The notes under the pieces were generated by a model. It made no database searches, was not told the origin of the DNA, and saw only the letters and a program-made list of their open reading frames with translations. The position numbers were made by a program, and so were the translations under genes. From NCBI GenBank assembly GCA_963719515.1, contig CAVRCJ010000017.1, forward strand, positions 1 through 64,000: 64,000 bases of DNA, given 5' to 3'. Every line of letters starts with the position of its first letter. Position 1 is the first letter of the stretch. The DNA comes from an uncultured cyanobacterium (lineage in GTDB: Bacteria > Cyanobacteriota > Cyanobacteriia > CAKZMO01). Positions 30,302-40,136 of this stretch are shown here, piece by piece.

Positions 30302-30928
30302 ATGACGATCGCACCCAATCATCCCCTACAACAAACGCCCCTCAGCTTCGACGAATTCCTCATCCGCTATGGCGGCGACAACCGCTATGAACTGATCGAC
30401 GGAGAAGTATTTGACTTGGAACCGACAGGGCCACACGACGAAGTTGCTGCTTTCATCACACGCAAGCTCTGCGTTCAAATCGATACCAATGACCTCCCGT
30501 GGTTCGTCCTTCAGCGAGGTCTGCTGCGGCCCGCCAACACTACCATGACCGCCTTCCGCCCAGACGTCGCCGTAGTCGATCGCAGTGCCCTTGACGATGA
30601 ACCTCTGTGGCCTGAGCAGTCCATCCTCACCAAAGGCAGCTCCCTTAAATTTGTCGCCGAAGTCGTCAGCAGCAACTGGCAAAACGACTACGCTCGCAAA
30701 GTTGAAGACTACGCCGCTTTAGGCATACCCGAATACTGGATCGCAGACCACGCCGGACTGGGCGGCACGCGATACATCGGCAAACCCAAACAGCCCACTC
30801 TCTCCATCTGCACCCTTGTAGATGGAGAGTACGAGATTCAGCAGCGTCAAGGCAATCAGCCCATCCTCTCGCCCACCTTTCCAGAGCTGACGCTCACCGC
30901 TGAGCAGGTGCTACAAGCTGGCTGCTAG
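30302..30928 (+). CDS. Uma2 family endonuclease (DUF820)
   Basis: YELIDG, RPDVAV, FVAEVVS and YAALGIPEYWI motifs. Confidence 0.93.
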   Translation: MTIAPNHPLQQTPLSFDEFLIRYGGDNRYELIDGEVFDLEPTGPHDEVAAFITRKLCVQIDTNDLPWFVLQRGLLRPANTTMTAFRPDVAVVDRSALDDEPLWPEQSILTKGSSLKFVAEVVSSNWQNDYARKVEDYAALGIPEYWIADHAGLGGTRYIGKPKQPTLSICTLVDGEYEIQQRQGNQPILSPTFPELTLTAEQVLQAGC

Positions 30929-31296
30929 CAGTACCCCAAATCTTTAGCAATTCTCAGCATGACTATGCAGCAACGCCCGCGCGTAGATCCTATCCATTAC
31001 CCAAAGTGGCTATAAACACTACCTTACTCGGGGCTTGAGCTGCGATGGCTCACACAGTGCTTCAAGCAAAACCCACTAACGCAAAAGCAAAAGCTGCGAT
31101 CGCCCATCAGTTAGCGGCTAACCCTCAAAGCCTAGACAGTATCGCTAGAGTGAAACCAACAAACGTCCAAGCGCCTCACCTTACCGCTTATTGCTTAGGG
31201 CATATCACAAAAACAAAACGGCTTACCGCTCAAGTGCCACGGCCCTTTCCTCAGTCAGCCGCAATTCCTCCGCTAGAGGCGATCGCTTGCACATCC

Positions 31297-31335
31297 AAAA
31301 AAATAGGGACACAGCCTGCGCTGTGCCCCTAAAAA
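31297..31335. terminator. Terminator downstream of petA
   Basis: A run, then TAGGGACACAGC / GCTGTGCCCCTA stem; T run on the minus strand. Confidence 0.7.
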
Positions 31336-31361
31336 TATTATTGAAAAGAATAGGCCGAAAA

Positions 31362-32348
31362 TTAGAAGCTCATTTCCGCTTCTTGAACCTTCTCGATCTG
31401 CTTCTTCTTCAGCACCAAGAACGTTTGGCTGAGCATGATAGCGGCAACAAAAGCAATCAAGCCTTTGACGCGCGTTGGGCTCTGCAGCACGATCTCAGCG
31501 TCCACCTGTCCGAATCCACCGGAATTAGGATTCTCGGTGAGGCTAGCGCCAGTCGCGATCGCCTCGCCTTCAGCAATCATCAGCGCCGGACCAGGGGGAA
31601 TCGCATCCACAACCGACTTGCCGTCTTCGGTTTGAATCGTGACCTCGTAGCCACCGTCCTCAGACTTAGCCACGCTGGAGATGGTTCCGGCAGCGGAGGC
31701 TTTATAGACGGCGTTGTTGCTCTTTTCACCCGTGGGGTAAACCTGGCCTCGGCCTCGGTTACCGCCGACGTGAACGGAATACTTACCGAAGTGGACGCTC
31801 TTGTCTGCGCCAGGGTCGGGAGACAGCACCGGGAAGACAATTTCCTGGTATTGCTCACCGGGCAGCGGCCCCACCAAAAGGATATTGTCCTGGGTCTCGC
31901 TGTAGGGCTGGAACAGGTAGCCCGGCCCGACCTCTTCCTTCATCTCTTCAGGAATACGGTCCTCGGGAGCGAGCTTAAATCCTTCGGGGAGCATCAGCAC
32001 AGCGCCCACGTTCAGCGCCCCTTTGCTGCCGTCTGCCTGCACCTGCTGGGTGCTGAGGTCATAGGGAATGTTGACAACGGCCTTGAACACAGTGTTGGGG
32101 AGCACCGCCTGGGGCACCTCTACCTCAGTGGGCATAGCGCCGAGGTGGCAGTTTGCGCAGACGATGCGGCCAGTGGCTTCCCGAGGAGAGTCATAGTTTT
32201 GCTGAGCCCAGAAGGGATAGGCGGCAGCGGTCTGCGGGAAGGCGGCGTTGCCGATCAGCAGCGAGGCGGTCACAAGCACAAGTAAAGACGCCTTTAATGC
32301 GATCTGGCGAGCGCTGGAGAGAAATTGGGTCCAAAAGTTCGCGCGCAT
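31362..32348 (-). CDS. petA: Apocytochrome f
   Basis: [25 protein letters not shown] and LVLKKKQ motifs. ATG at 32348. Confidence 0.98.
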   Translation of the reverse strand: MRANFWTQFLSSARQIALKASLLVLVTASLLIGNAAFPQTAAAYPFWAQQNYDSPREATGRIVCANCHLGAMPTEVEVPQAVLPNTVFKAVVNIPYDLSTQQVQADGSKGALNVGAVLMLPEGFKLAPEDRIPEEMKEEVGPGYLFQPYSETQDNILLVGPLPGEQYQEIVFPVLSPDPGADKSVHFGKYSVHVGGNRGRGQVYPTGEKSNNAVYKASAAGTISSVAKSEDGGYEVTIQTEDGKSVVDAIPPGPALMIAEGEAIATGASLTENPNSGGFGQVDAEIVLQSPTRVKGLIAFVAAIMLSQTFLVLKKKQIEKVQEAEMSF

Positions 32349-32484
32349 GGGTATGGCTAAATTAATCTGTGAATAGTAGAACTGGGGATGGGAGGGATGG
32401 AGTAGCGCCAGAGGCTTGCACCAGAGGCTTGCACTAAAGGCTCGTGCCAAAAGGCTTACGCCACATAGCGTCTCTAAAGCGCGG

Positions 32485-33027
32485 CTATGTCCACCAGGGG
32501 TTATCGCCAGTGCGGAAATCTGTTTCAGTCCAGGGGGAAAGGGCAATCTTGCCGTCTTCATTGACGTCGGCGTGGGCCAACGCGAGGGAAAGCGGCGCGG
32601 GACCCCGGACCACCTTACCCTGGGCGTTGTACTGGGAGCCGTGGCAGGGACAGATGAATCTGTTTTCGGCAGCGTTCCAGGGAACGACGCAGCCCAGGTG
32701 GGTACAGACTGCATTGAGGCCGTAGTCAGCGATCGCTTCGCTGCTTTCGACGACAACGTAGGTTGGGTCGCCCTTGAGCCCTTGAGTCAGAACGCGATCG
32801 CCTGAAGCGTGGCTAGCCAGAAATTCGCTGACGGTGATGTCACTACCCAGCGCATCTTTCGCTAAAACACCGCCCCCTGCTGCACCACTGGACGGTGGAA
32901 TAAAATATTTGACAACCGGATAGAGTGCGCCCAGCGCGGTGCCAGTGATGGTCCCGAAGGTGAGCAGGTTCATAAACTGACGACGACCCATATCAGGGAC
33001 GTCAGGTGTTCCAGAAGCTTGAGTCAT
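32485..33027 (-). CDS. petC: Cytochrome b6f Rieske Fe-S subunit
   Basis: [14 protein letters not shown] and CPCHGS motifs. Confidence 0.98.
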   Translation of the reverse strand: MTQASGTPDVPDMGRRQFMNLLTFGTITGTALGALYPVVKYFIPPSSGAAGGGVLAKDALGSDITVSEFLASHASGDRVLTQGLKGDPTYVVVESSEAIADYGLNAVCTHLGCVVPWNAAENRFICPCHGSQYNAQGKVVRGPAPLSLALAHADVNEDGKIALSPWTETDFRTGDNPWWT

Positions 33028-33348
33028 AACTTAAACAGTGAATCGGATTACAGCGAATCAAAAAGGAGCATTGAATTAGGCTAGTCGGACCCCGTCGAGG
33101 CTGAAGGGGCTCTAAAGATTGACAACCTGACGTTAACTTTGACAAGCTACCCCGAAAGCAGCGATAGACCGCGCAGTCAGAGCAACATCGCCCGTTAACA
33201 GTTTTTCTAAAAGTATTATTACACTCCAAAGAGTCCGGATCATAAACTTTAGACAAAACGATTGCACAGAGCTACACAGCCTTAAATAATGTTACGTTTT
33301 GAGGCGAAATATTAAGCTACTCTTACAAACTGCGTTGGGGATTAACCG

Positions 33349-33678
33349 ATGGCTGAGGGAATGACCGGAGACGATTTACATCAGCTGCTGATCTCAAAAT
33401 GGGGCCGGTCCTACGACGTCCAGCTCCGGCGGACTCAGGGAAAGCTCTTCCTGCAGATCATGTGGCGCTACCTGGAGCAGGCGTCTTTCCCTAGAAGCGA
33501 AGCGGAATACAGTCAGCATCTCGATGCGATCGCCAACTACATCAACGAGTGGGGTAGGGCCTCTCAGGTACAAACCTTTGTTGAGCAGACCAAAGAGCGT
33601 CCGCGCTTGGGCAAAGCCGTGAGCATTCCCCTTGACCTCGGTCCCCGCGCTTCCGAGTGGCTGCTCGACGATATTTGA
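33349..33678 (+). CDS. DUF3067 family protein
   Basis: KWGRSYDVQL, QIMWRYLEQASFP and RPRLGKAVSI motifs; divergent from petC. Confidence 0.9.
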   Translation: MAEGMTGDDLHQLLISKWGRSYDVQLRRTQGKLFLQIMWRYLEQASFPRSEAEYSQHLDAIANYINEWGRASQVQTFVEQTKERPRLGKAVSIPLDLGPRASEWLLDDI

Positions 33679-34006
33679 GCCAATATTTGGGCCAATATTT
33701 GGGCCAGCGTTTGAGCCGGCGTTTGAAAGGTGGTAAGAGCCTAACGCCCAAGCCTCTAGCCCAGCAAAAACTTTCCAACTTAGATAACGTTCGGCCCGAC
33801 ACATTCCAAAAGATTTAAGCGGGAGACTCCAGCTTTGACGGTAGAATAGGCCACGATGTCAGCGGTTTTACCGGCCTGTCTCAGCGATCGCGCCTTGGCA
33901 CCAGTTCTCAAGCATCGCAGAGGCGGAAACTGACCATCCAAACCAGCGCTGCGGTCTGTCTCCACTGCTCTCACTCCATTCCTGTACGGTTCATTCTATT
34001 TCAACC

Positions 34007-35587
34007 ATGTCTAAAGTTCTCGTCTCTGATCCTGTCGACCAAGCAGGTATCGATATCCTCTCTCAGGTGGCTCACGTCGACATCAAGACGAAACTCTCTG
34101 AAGATGAGCTGGTCCGCCTGATTCCCGACTATGACGCCCTGATGATTCGCTCGGGCACCCAGGTGACGGGCGACGTCATCCGCGCTGCCGAGAAGCTCAA
34201 AATCATCGGCCGCGCCGGGGTTGGCGTTGATAACGTCGACGTTGCAGCAGCCACCCGCCAGGGAATACTCGTGGTGAATTCCCCTGAGGGAAACACCGTT
34301 GCGGCGGCGGAGCACACCGTCGCCATGATGCTGGCCCTCTCTCGCCACATCTCCGACGCCAACCAGTCCATCAAATCTGGAAACTGGGACCGCAAATCTT
34401 TTACGGGCGTCGAGGTCTACAAAAAGACTCTGGGCATCGTTGGCCTCGGCAAAATTGGCTCCCACGTGGCCACCATCGCCCGCGCCATGGGAATGCGCCT
34501 ATTGGCCTACGACCCCTTCTTGTCCATGGAGCGTGCTGAGCAAATTGGCTGCCAGCTCGTCGAGCTAGATCTGCTGATTCGAGAAGCCGATTACATCACG
34601 CTGCATTTGCCTAAAACCCCCGAAACTCTGCATATGATCAATGCCGAGGCCTTCGCCAACATGAAGCCCACGGCCCGCATCGTCAACTGCGCTCGGGGCG
34701 GCATCATCGACGAAAATGATCTAGCAGAGGCGCTCGAAGCGGGGGAAATTGCCGGTGCGGCACTGGACGTGTACGAGAACGAGCCGCTGCAGGATTCGCC
34801 CCTCATTAAAGTGGGCAAGCAGCTCGTGCTGACGCCTCACCTGGGGGCCTCCACGGCAGAGGCTCAGGTAAACGTAGCCATCGACGTGGCCGAGCAAATT
34901 CGCGACGTTTTGCTGGGCTTACCCGCCCGCTCAGCCGTCAATATCCCCGGCCTGCGCCCCGACGTGCTAGAGAAGCTGCGGCCCTACCTGGAGCTAGCGG
35001 AGACCCTGGGTAATCTGGTGAGCCAGCTGAGCGGCGGGCGCATCGACTCGTTCAACGTGCGGCTGCAGGGGGAGCTTGCCACCAACGAAAGCCAGCCCGT
35101 GGTGATTGCGGCCCTCAAAGGGCTCTTGTCCCATGCCCTGCAGGAGCGCGTCAACTACGTCAACGCCAGCATTGAGGCCAAAGAGCGGGGCATCCGAGTC
35201 ACCGAGACGCGGGACGGCTCGGTGCGAGACTACGCCGGTTCACTCTACCTGTCTGCGACGGGGTCTTTGGGCTCTCACTCCGTGATGGGAGCGCTGCTCG
35301 GAGATAACGAAATTCGGATTACGAAGCTCGACGATTTTCCCATCAACGTGCCGCCCAACCGCCACATGTTGTTCACTCTGCACCGCGACATGCCGGGAAT
35401 CATCGGCAAGATTGGCTCGCTGCTGGGAAGCTTCAACGTCAATATTGCCAGTATGCAGGTGGGCCGGAAAATCGTTCGCGGAGACGCGGTGATGGTGCTC
35501 AGTATCGATGATCCGCTGCCGGAGGGTATTCTGACTGAAATCACCAAGGTTCCGGGAATTCGAGATGCCTATACCGTTACGCTGTAG
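34007..35587 (+). CDS. serA: D-3-phosphoglycerate dehydrogenase
   Basis: GRAGVGVDN, GLGKIG and TPHLGAST motifs; C-terminal ACT domain. Confidence 0.97.
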   Translation: MSKVLVSDPVDQAGIDILSQVAHVDIKTKLSEDELVRLIPDYDALMIRSGTQVTGDVIRAAEKLKIIGRAGVGVDNVDVAAATRQGILVVNSPEGNTVAAAEHTVAMMLALSRHISDANQSIKSGNWDRKSFTGVEVYKKTLGIVGLGKIGSHVATIARAMGMRLLAYDPFLSMERAEQIGCQLVELDLLIREADYITLHLPKTPETLHMINAEAFANMKPTARIVNCARGGIIDENDLAEALEAGEIAGAALDVYENEPLQDSPLIKVGKQLVLTPHLGASTAEAQVNVAIDVAEQIRDVLLGLPARSAVNIPGLRPDVLEKLRPYLELAETLGNLVSQLSGGRIDSFNVRLQGELATNESQPVVIAALKGLLSHALQERVNYVNASIEAKERGIRVTETRDGSVRDYAGSLYLSATGSLGSHSVMGALLGDNEIRITKLDDFPINVPPNRHMLFTLHRDMPGIIGKIGSLLGSFNVNIASMQVGRKIVRGDAVMVLSIDDPLPEGILTEITKVPGIRDAYTVTL

Positions 35588-35730
35588 GCCGTCGCGCTAT
35601 AGGCCGTTCGCTATAGGCGGTCACGCTGTCGGGTTGCGGCAGCGTAGAGATGGGCCAAACAGATAGGGCCAAACAGATGGAGCCGGTGGGCCAGGTTGGG
35701 GCGGGTGGAATTAACAAAGGGGCGATCGCG

Positions 35731-36627
35731 TTGACAAACAGCTGGTGGGAGATTCAGGTCCTGTGCGACCCGGCGGCGGAAGACCTGGTGTTTTGGCGGC
35801 TGCAGGAGTTTGGCTGTCGGGGAACGTCCAGCGAGATCAAAAACCACCGCTGCTGGCTGCGGGCCTATATGCCCCAGATACAGGCGGCGCTGCTTGACCT
35901 AGCGGCGCTGTCACTGCTCGCCCGGCAAGATGCCCTTTGCGCCCAGCTGCCGGTGCCTCAGCTCAGCTGGAGCCTCATTGATGAGGAAGACTGGTCAAGC
36001 ACCTGGAAGCAGTACTGGCAGCCCCAAGACATTGGCGATCGCCTCGTCATTGTCCCCGCCTGGATTGAACCTGACCCCAATTCAGACCGGCTGCCCCTAA
36101 GGCTTGACCCCGGTACCGCCTTTGGCACCGGCAACCACCCCACCACTCAGCTTTGCTTAGAGTCGCTGGAAATGCGGCTTCCGGACGCCGCCACTGCGCG
36201 GGGCGCTGTGCTGGCAGATATCGGCTGCGGGTCTGGAATTCTCTCCATCGGGGCCCTACTGCTGGGGGCTAAGCAGGTCTACAGCGTCGATATTGACCCT
36301 CTCGCAGTGAAAGCGACAGGGGAGAACGGCAGCCTCAATGGGCTTGATCCCAAGCAGCTGGTAGTCGAGTCGGGCAGCATTGAGACTTTAATGGAGAGGC
36401 TGCCCCACCCAGTGGACGGCATCGTCTGCAATATTTTGGCGGAAGTGATCGTGGATCTCGTGCCTAAGATGGGGGAAATTGCCAAGACCACGACCTGGGG
36501 AATTTTGAGCGGCATCCTGTTAGAGCAGGCCAAGCTAGTGGCCGACACCCTAGAAGAGCACGGCTGGATTGTAGCCACCCTGTGGCGTCGTCAGGATTGG
36601 TGCTGTATGAATATTCGCCGGGGATAG
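35731..36627 (+). CDS. prmA: Ribosomal protein L11 methyltransferase
   Basis: [24 protein letters not shown] and NILA motifs. Probable TTG start. Confidence 0.95.
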   Translation: MTNSWWEIQVLCDPAAEDLVFWRLQEFGCRGTSSEIKNHRCWLRAYMPQIQAALLDLAALSLLARQDALCAQLPVPQLSWSLIDEEDWSSTWKQYWQPQDIGDRLVIVPAWIEPDPNSDRLPLRLDPGTAFGTGNHPTTQLCLESLEMRLPDAATARGAVLADIGCGSGILSIGALLLGAKQVYSVDIDPLAVKATGENGSLNGLDPKQLVVESGSIETLMERLPHPVDGIVCNILAEVIVDLVPKMGEIAKTTTWGILSGILLEQAKLVADTLEEHGWIVATLWRRQDWCCMNIRRG

Positions 36628-36741
36628 AACGCTACGGATAGCGTCAAAGAGATAGCCTTAGCAATACATTTGATCCTTGGAGAAGCCTGTATTTAGTGGC
36701 ATGATGAGAAGCATAACGCTACTCATGTGGTCTCCCGCGCC

Positions 36742-37536
36742 ATGGTCTATCCCATCTCGGCAGCTAAGCTCCAAACCTACTATCGGTGCCCCCGCGCCTA
36801 CTACTATCGCTACGAGCGCAGGCTTCCCAACGCCGCTTTCTTCGGCTCGGCAGCGCTCGGCACCTCCTTGCATCAAGCGTTGGCCAGCATCTATCGCGAC
36901 TGGCATTACCAGGAACCTATCCCCGAGTTTGGCTGGGTAGACCACTGCTGGGAGCAGCAGTCAACAGCCTTGAAGTCCTCTCAAAGAGACGAAGGTCGCC
37001 GCATTCTGCAGCGCTACTATGCTGAGTTTATGAATAACGGGTCGTCGCTGCGGAAGCCTCTAGCGGTTGAGGGGCGTATCCAGGGCGGTCTACGGGTCCA
37101 GAACCTAGAGTTCATTTTGTCAGGCCGCTACGACCGGCTTGATTACCTCGACGACGGCTTAGAGCTAATTGACTACAAGTCTGGAAAAGACTCCAGCATG
37201 CCCGACCCCGACGACGTAGACCTGCAGATTGGGCTCTACTATTTGGCTCTAGAGCAGCGCTACCGCCGCCAGCTCAAGCGGCTGAGCATTATCCACCTGC
37301 GCACGGGAGATAAGGTCAGCTTTAGCGCCACCCCCTTTCACCGCGAGCGGGTCAAGACCTTGGTAGGCGACATTGCCGTGCAGCTGCGTCATGACAGCAG
37401 CTGGCAGCCCTTTCCCGGTACCCAATGCGATCGCTGCGCCTACGCCCGCTACTGCCCCGCCGTTCACATCGACCCCGATCCCCTGCCTGAAGAGGCCAAA
37501 CCCAAGCCCCAGCTGCAGCTCGCCCTCAGCCTCTAG
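36742..37536 (+). CDS. PD-(D/E)XK nuclease (RecB/AddB/Cas4-like, 4-Cys)
   Basis: YYRCPR, GTSLH, GRYDRLD, LIDYKSG, QIGLY and CDRCAYARYC motifs. Confidence 0.88.
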   Translation: MVYPISAAKLQTYYRCPRAYYYRYERRLPNAAFFGSAALGTSLHQALASIYRDWHYQEPIPEFGWVDHCWEQQSTALKSSQRDEGRRILQRYYAEFMNNGSSLRKPLAVEGRIQGGLRVQNLEFILSGRYDRLDYLDDGLELIDYKSGKDSSMPDPDDVDLQIGLYYLALEQRYRRQLKRLSIIHLRTGDKVSFSATPFHRERVKTLVGDIAVQLRHDSSWQPFPGTQCDRCAYARYCPAVHIDPDPLPEEAKPKPQLQLALSL

Positions 37537-37633
37537 AGCTAGGCTAAAGGACCGGTCTACCAGCGCCAGCGATAGGGACGGCGGCCCCGCTATAGTGAAA
37601 GACTAGATACCCTATTACAAACCGCAACTGACC

Positions 37634-38197
37634 GTGGCACAGACCCCCACCTTTCAGCAGGCTACCCAGAATTTAGCAGACCGCCAGCGCGACGACCTCA
37701 CCCAGGGCCGCTGCGTTGTGGTTCAGAGCGGGGACGCTCACCGAGGCTACAGGCTGATCGATACCGCGCCAGATATAGTGTGGGCTGTGATCACCGACTA
37801 CGAGAACTTCCCGGCTTTTTTGCCGACGGTAGTAGAGACCCGCGTGGTGACTGACGAGGGTGACCGCAAGGTGGTGGAGCAGGTGGATGAGCGCAAAGTG
37901 CTGTTCGCTAAGGTGACCTCCCGAATTCAAACTGAGAATCTGGAGCTGCCGTCGCGCCAGGTCAAGTTCAAGCTCACGGAGGGGGACTTAAACCAGTTTG
38001 AAGGCTCTTGGCGGGTGATTGAGGCGTCTACTGAGTCGGACCAGCCGACGCTGCTGACGCAGGAAATCATCGCTGAGGCCGGAGCAGGCCCCTTGGAAGT
38101 GGCGTTTGAGCAGATTCTAAAGCGCAGTCTGGAAAAGAATTTAGAAGCGATCGCCCAAGAAGTGTACCGGCGGTGTCGCGCCTCGGAAGGGGTCTGA
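37634..38197 (+). CDS. SRPBCC/polyketide cyclase family protein
   Basis: VWAVITDYENFPAFLP and GDLNQFEGSW motifs. Confidence 0.88.
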   Translation: MAQTPTFQQATQNLADRQRDDLTQGRCVVVQSGDAHRGYRLIDTAPDIVWAVITDYENFPAFLPTVVETRVVTDEGDRKVVEQVDERKVLFAKVTSRIQTENLELPSRQVKFKLTEGDLNQFEGSWRVIEASTESDQPTLLTQEIIAEAGAGPLEVAFEQILKRSLEKNLEAIAQEVYRRCRASEGV

Positions 38198-38235
38198 AGG
38201 GTACAGCATGCTGCGCCCGTAACGAATCTTGGCCA

Positions 38236-40077
38236 TCAATCGGTAAAGCCCATGGCGTAATCGCTACTCTCAAAGAGCTGACAGTGAGAGCAAGACAGAT
38301 CTATCCCTTCGCCGCGGAGAAGCTGGGTTTTGAAGGCGTCAGAGAGCCCCACATAAACCAGGGTAATGTTTTTGCGTTTGGCCAAGCTCAAGAGCTTCTT
38401 GAACGCTAGCACGGCGGACGAATCCAGGCTCACGACTCGGCAAAAGTCTAAAACGAACGTCTTGGGGGTATCAGCGTCACAGGGTTCAAGGGTAGACTGA
38501 AGCGACTGGAATAGGCTCGCCGCGTTGCCAAAAAACAAAAAGCCCTGCAGAACGGCATGGGAGACGGACTGCCCTTCCGGGTCGTGCTTTTTCATTTGAG
38601 CGATCGCCTCTGCCGTATCGCTGAGGACCACCGATTCGGCGGAGAGCATCGTCTGAGCTTGACTACAGTGATACAGAAACTGCAGCACCGTTAGCCCGAG
38701 GCCTACCAAAATACCCGGCAAAAACCCCAGCGCCCCAATAGTAACTACGGTTGACAGCACGATGCAGTAGTCAACCAGCGGAAACTTAGACCAGCCTTGA
38801 ATCAGCCACTTCCAGAGCAGATCAATGCCTAGAAATAGCAGAAGGCTGCCCAAAATCGGCTTCGGGAAATAGGCCAAAAAAGAGGGGCCTAAAATCAGCA
38901 CTACCGTACAGGGCACCGCTTTAAATACCCCGGTCAGTCGGTTGGCGGCCCCCATCTTGTGCGCCAGCAGCGTGCTGGGCAGCGCCTGGTTTCCGGTCAT
39001 GGTGCTCCCCAGGCCCGCCGCCAAGTTGGCCAAGCCGACGGCCTGCAGCTCGCGGTTGAGGTCTAGCTCCCGGTCGAGGGCCAGCTCGAGGCCACTGTTG
39101 GTCAAGACTAAAGACAAAAAGCTGACGAAAATAAGCAGACCGAGGGTACCGCTGTGCTGAGCGATCGCCCCCCAGTGGACGCTTGCTAAGTCTGCTCCGG
39201 TGAGCGGTTGCCAGAGATTCCCCTCGGGGAAGGGTCCTAAAAGCCAGCCCTGCTCGTGGGCCGCGTCGAAAGACAGCCCGCAGGCCCAGGTGACGCCGAA
39301 AAAAACAGCCGTGGCCGCCAGCAGCAGACCGGGCAGCACCAAATAATGCTGAAACCGCTGGCTGACGCCAAACAGCACGAGCGCAATCAGCAGGCCAGAA
39401 AGCCAGTGGAAGCAGGGGTCGCGCTGGAAGAACCAGCTCAGGTGGGACAGGGTAATGCCCTCTCCCGTCATCACCTTGATAGCCCCCTGTACCAAAAGCC
39501 ACCCCGTTCCCGCCATAAATCCGCCGACGACCGGGTAGGGAATCACCTGGGCCGCTTCTCCCCACTTCAAAGCTCCCAGCACCCACAGCACAGCGCCCGT
39601 CAGCAGGGTTCCAAGGGCGATCGCCGCCACCACTGTGATGGCGATTGTTTGAGAATCAGCGGTATCCGCTAGGGTGGCGGCAAGGCCAGCGGCCAGCACG
39701 GCGAGCACGGCGGTGGGCGCAGCCAGCGGCGTAGCAATGATGCCGGGGAGAGAGCTGGTCAAAGCCACCACAGCGCTGATGATTGCGGAGCTGAAAACCG
39801 CAATGCCCACGCCAACGTGCAGATGGGCGGATAAACTTCCCGAGAAAATGATCGCTGCATAGGAGATAGCCCGAATAACGCCGATGATACCGGTGACTGT
39901 TCCAGCGGCTAGGCTAGGGACGAGCTTGGAGGGGTGCAGTTCACCGTTGAAGGGGGGCGATCGCCGCAGGGCGTTAGGTGGTGATGGGTCAGGTGGCGAT
40001 GGGTCGGGTGACGACGGGCTAGGCGAGGATAGGTCAGGCGGCGGTGCATCGGGCGGCAGCGGATCGAGAGATGTCAT
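38236..40077 (-). CDS. SulP family anion transporter with STAS domain (no cNMP domain)
   Basis: PYPVVGGFMAGTG, RELQAVGLAN, LQGFLFFG and LDFCRVVSLDSSA motifs. Confidence 0.9.
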   Translation of the reverse strand: MTSLDPLPPDAPPPDLSSPSPSSPDPSPPDPSPPNALRRSPPFNGELHPSKLVPSLAAGTVTGIIGVIRAISYAAIIFSGSLSAHLHVGVGIAVFSSAIISAVVALTSSLPGIIATPLAAPTAVLAVLAAGLAATLADTADSQTIAITVVAAIALGTLLTGAVLWVLGALKWGEAAQVIPYPVVGGFMAGTGWLLVQGAIKVMTGEGITLSHLSWFFQRDPCFHWLSGLLIALVLFGVSQRFQHYLVLPGLLLAATAVFFGVTWACGLSFDAAHEQGWLLGPFPEGNLWQPLTGADLASVHWGAIAQHSGTLGLLIFVSFLSLVLTNSGLELALDRELDLNRELQAVGLANLAAGLGSTMTGNQALPSTLLAHKMGAANRLTGVFKAVPCTVVLILGPSFLAYFPKPILGSLLLFLGIDLLWKWLIQGWSKFPLVDYCIVLSTVVTIGALGFLPGILVGLGLTVLQFLYHCSQAQTMLSAESVVLSDTAEAIAQMKKHDPEGQSVSHAVLQGFLFFGNAASLFQSLQSTLEPCDADTPKTFVLDFCRVVSLDSSAVLAFKKLLSLAKRKNITLVYVGLSDAFKTQLLRGEGIDLSCSHCQLFESSDYAMGFTD

Positions 40078-40136
40078 GGGGGCTTTCGGCGACGGGGGAA
40101 GCTAAGACAATACCGAGATCTGTAGCGGCCAAAGCG

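Noticed and set aside
31045..31332. 95-aa ORF downstream of Uma2
   Set aside because: No recognisable motif or RBS, and it runs into the petA terminator. It cannot be supported.
31191..32285. 364-aa plus-strand ORF
   Set aside because: Antisense shadow of petA, typical of GC-rich coding sequence. The same applies to 19779-20564, 50640-51236 and many others.
32349..32756. N-terminal extension of the 464-aa petA ORF, suggesting a petC-petA fusion
   Set aside because: It is an out-of-frame read-through overlapping petC. The PetA signal peptide starts at ATG 32348 and petC has its own stop.
33671..33726. Short repeats as a possible CRISPR array
   Set aside because: 12-bp head-to-tail units with no unique spacers, and no cas genes nearby.
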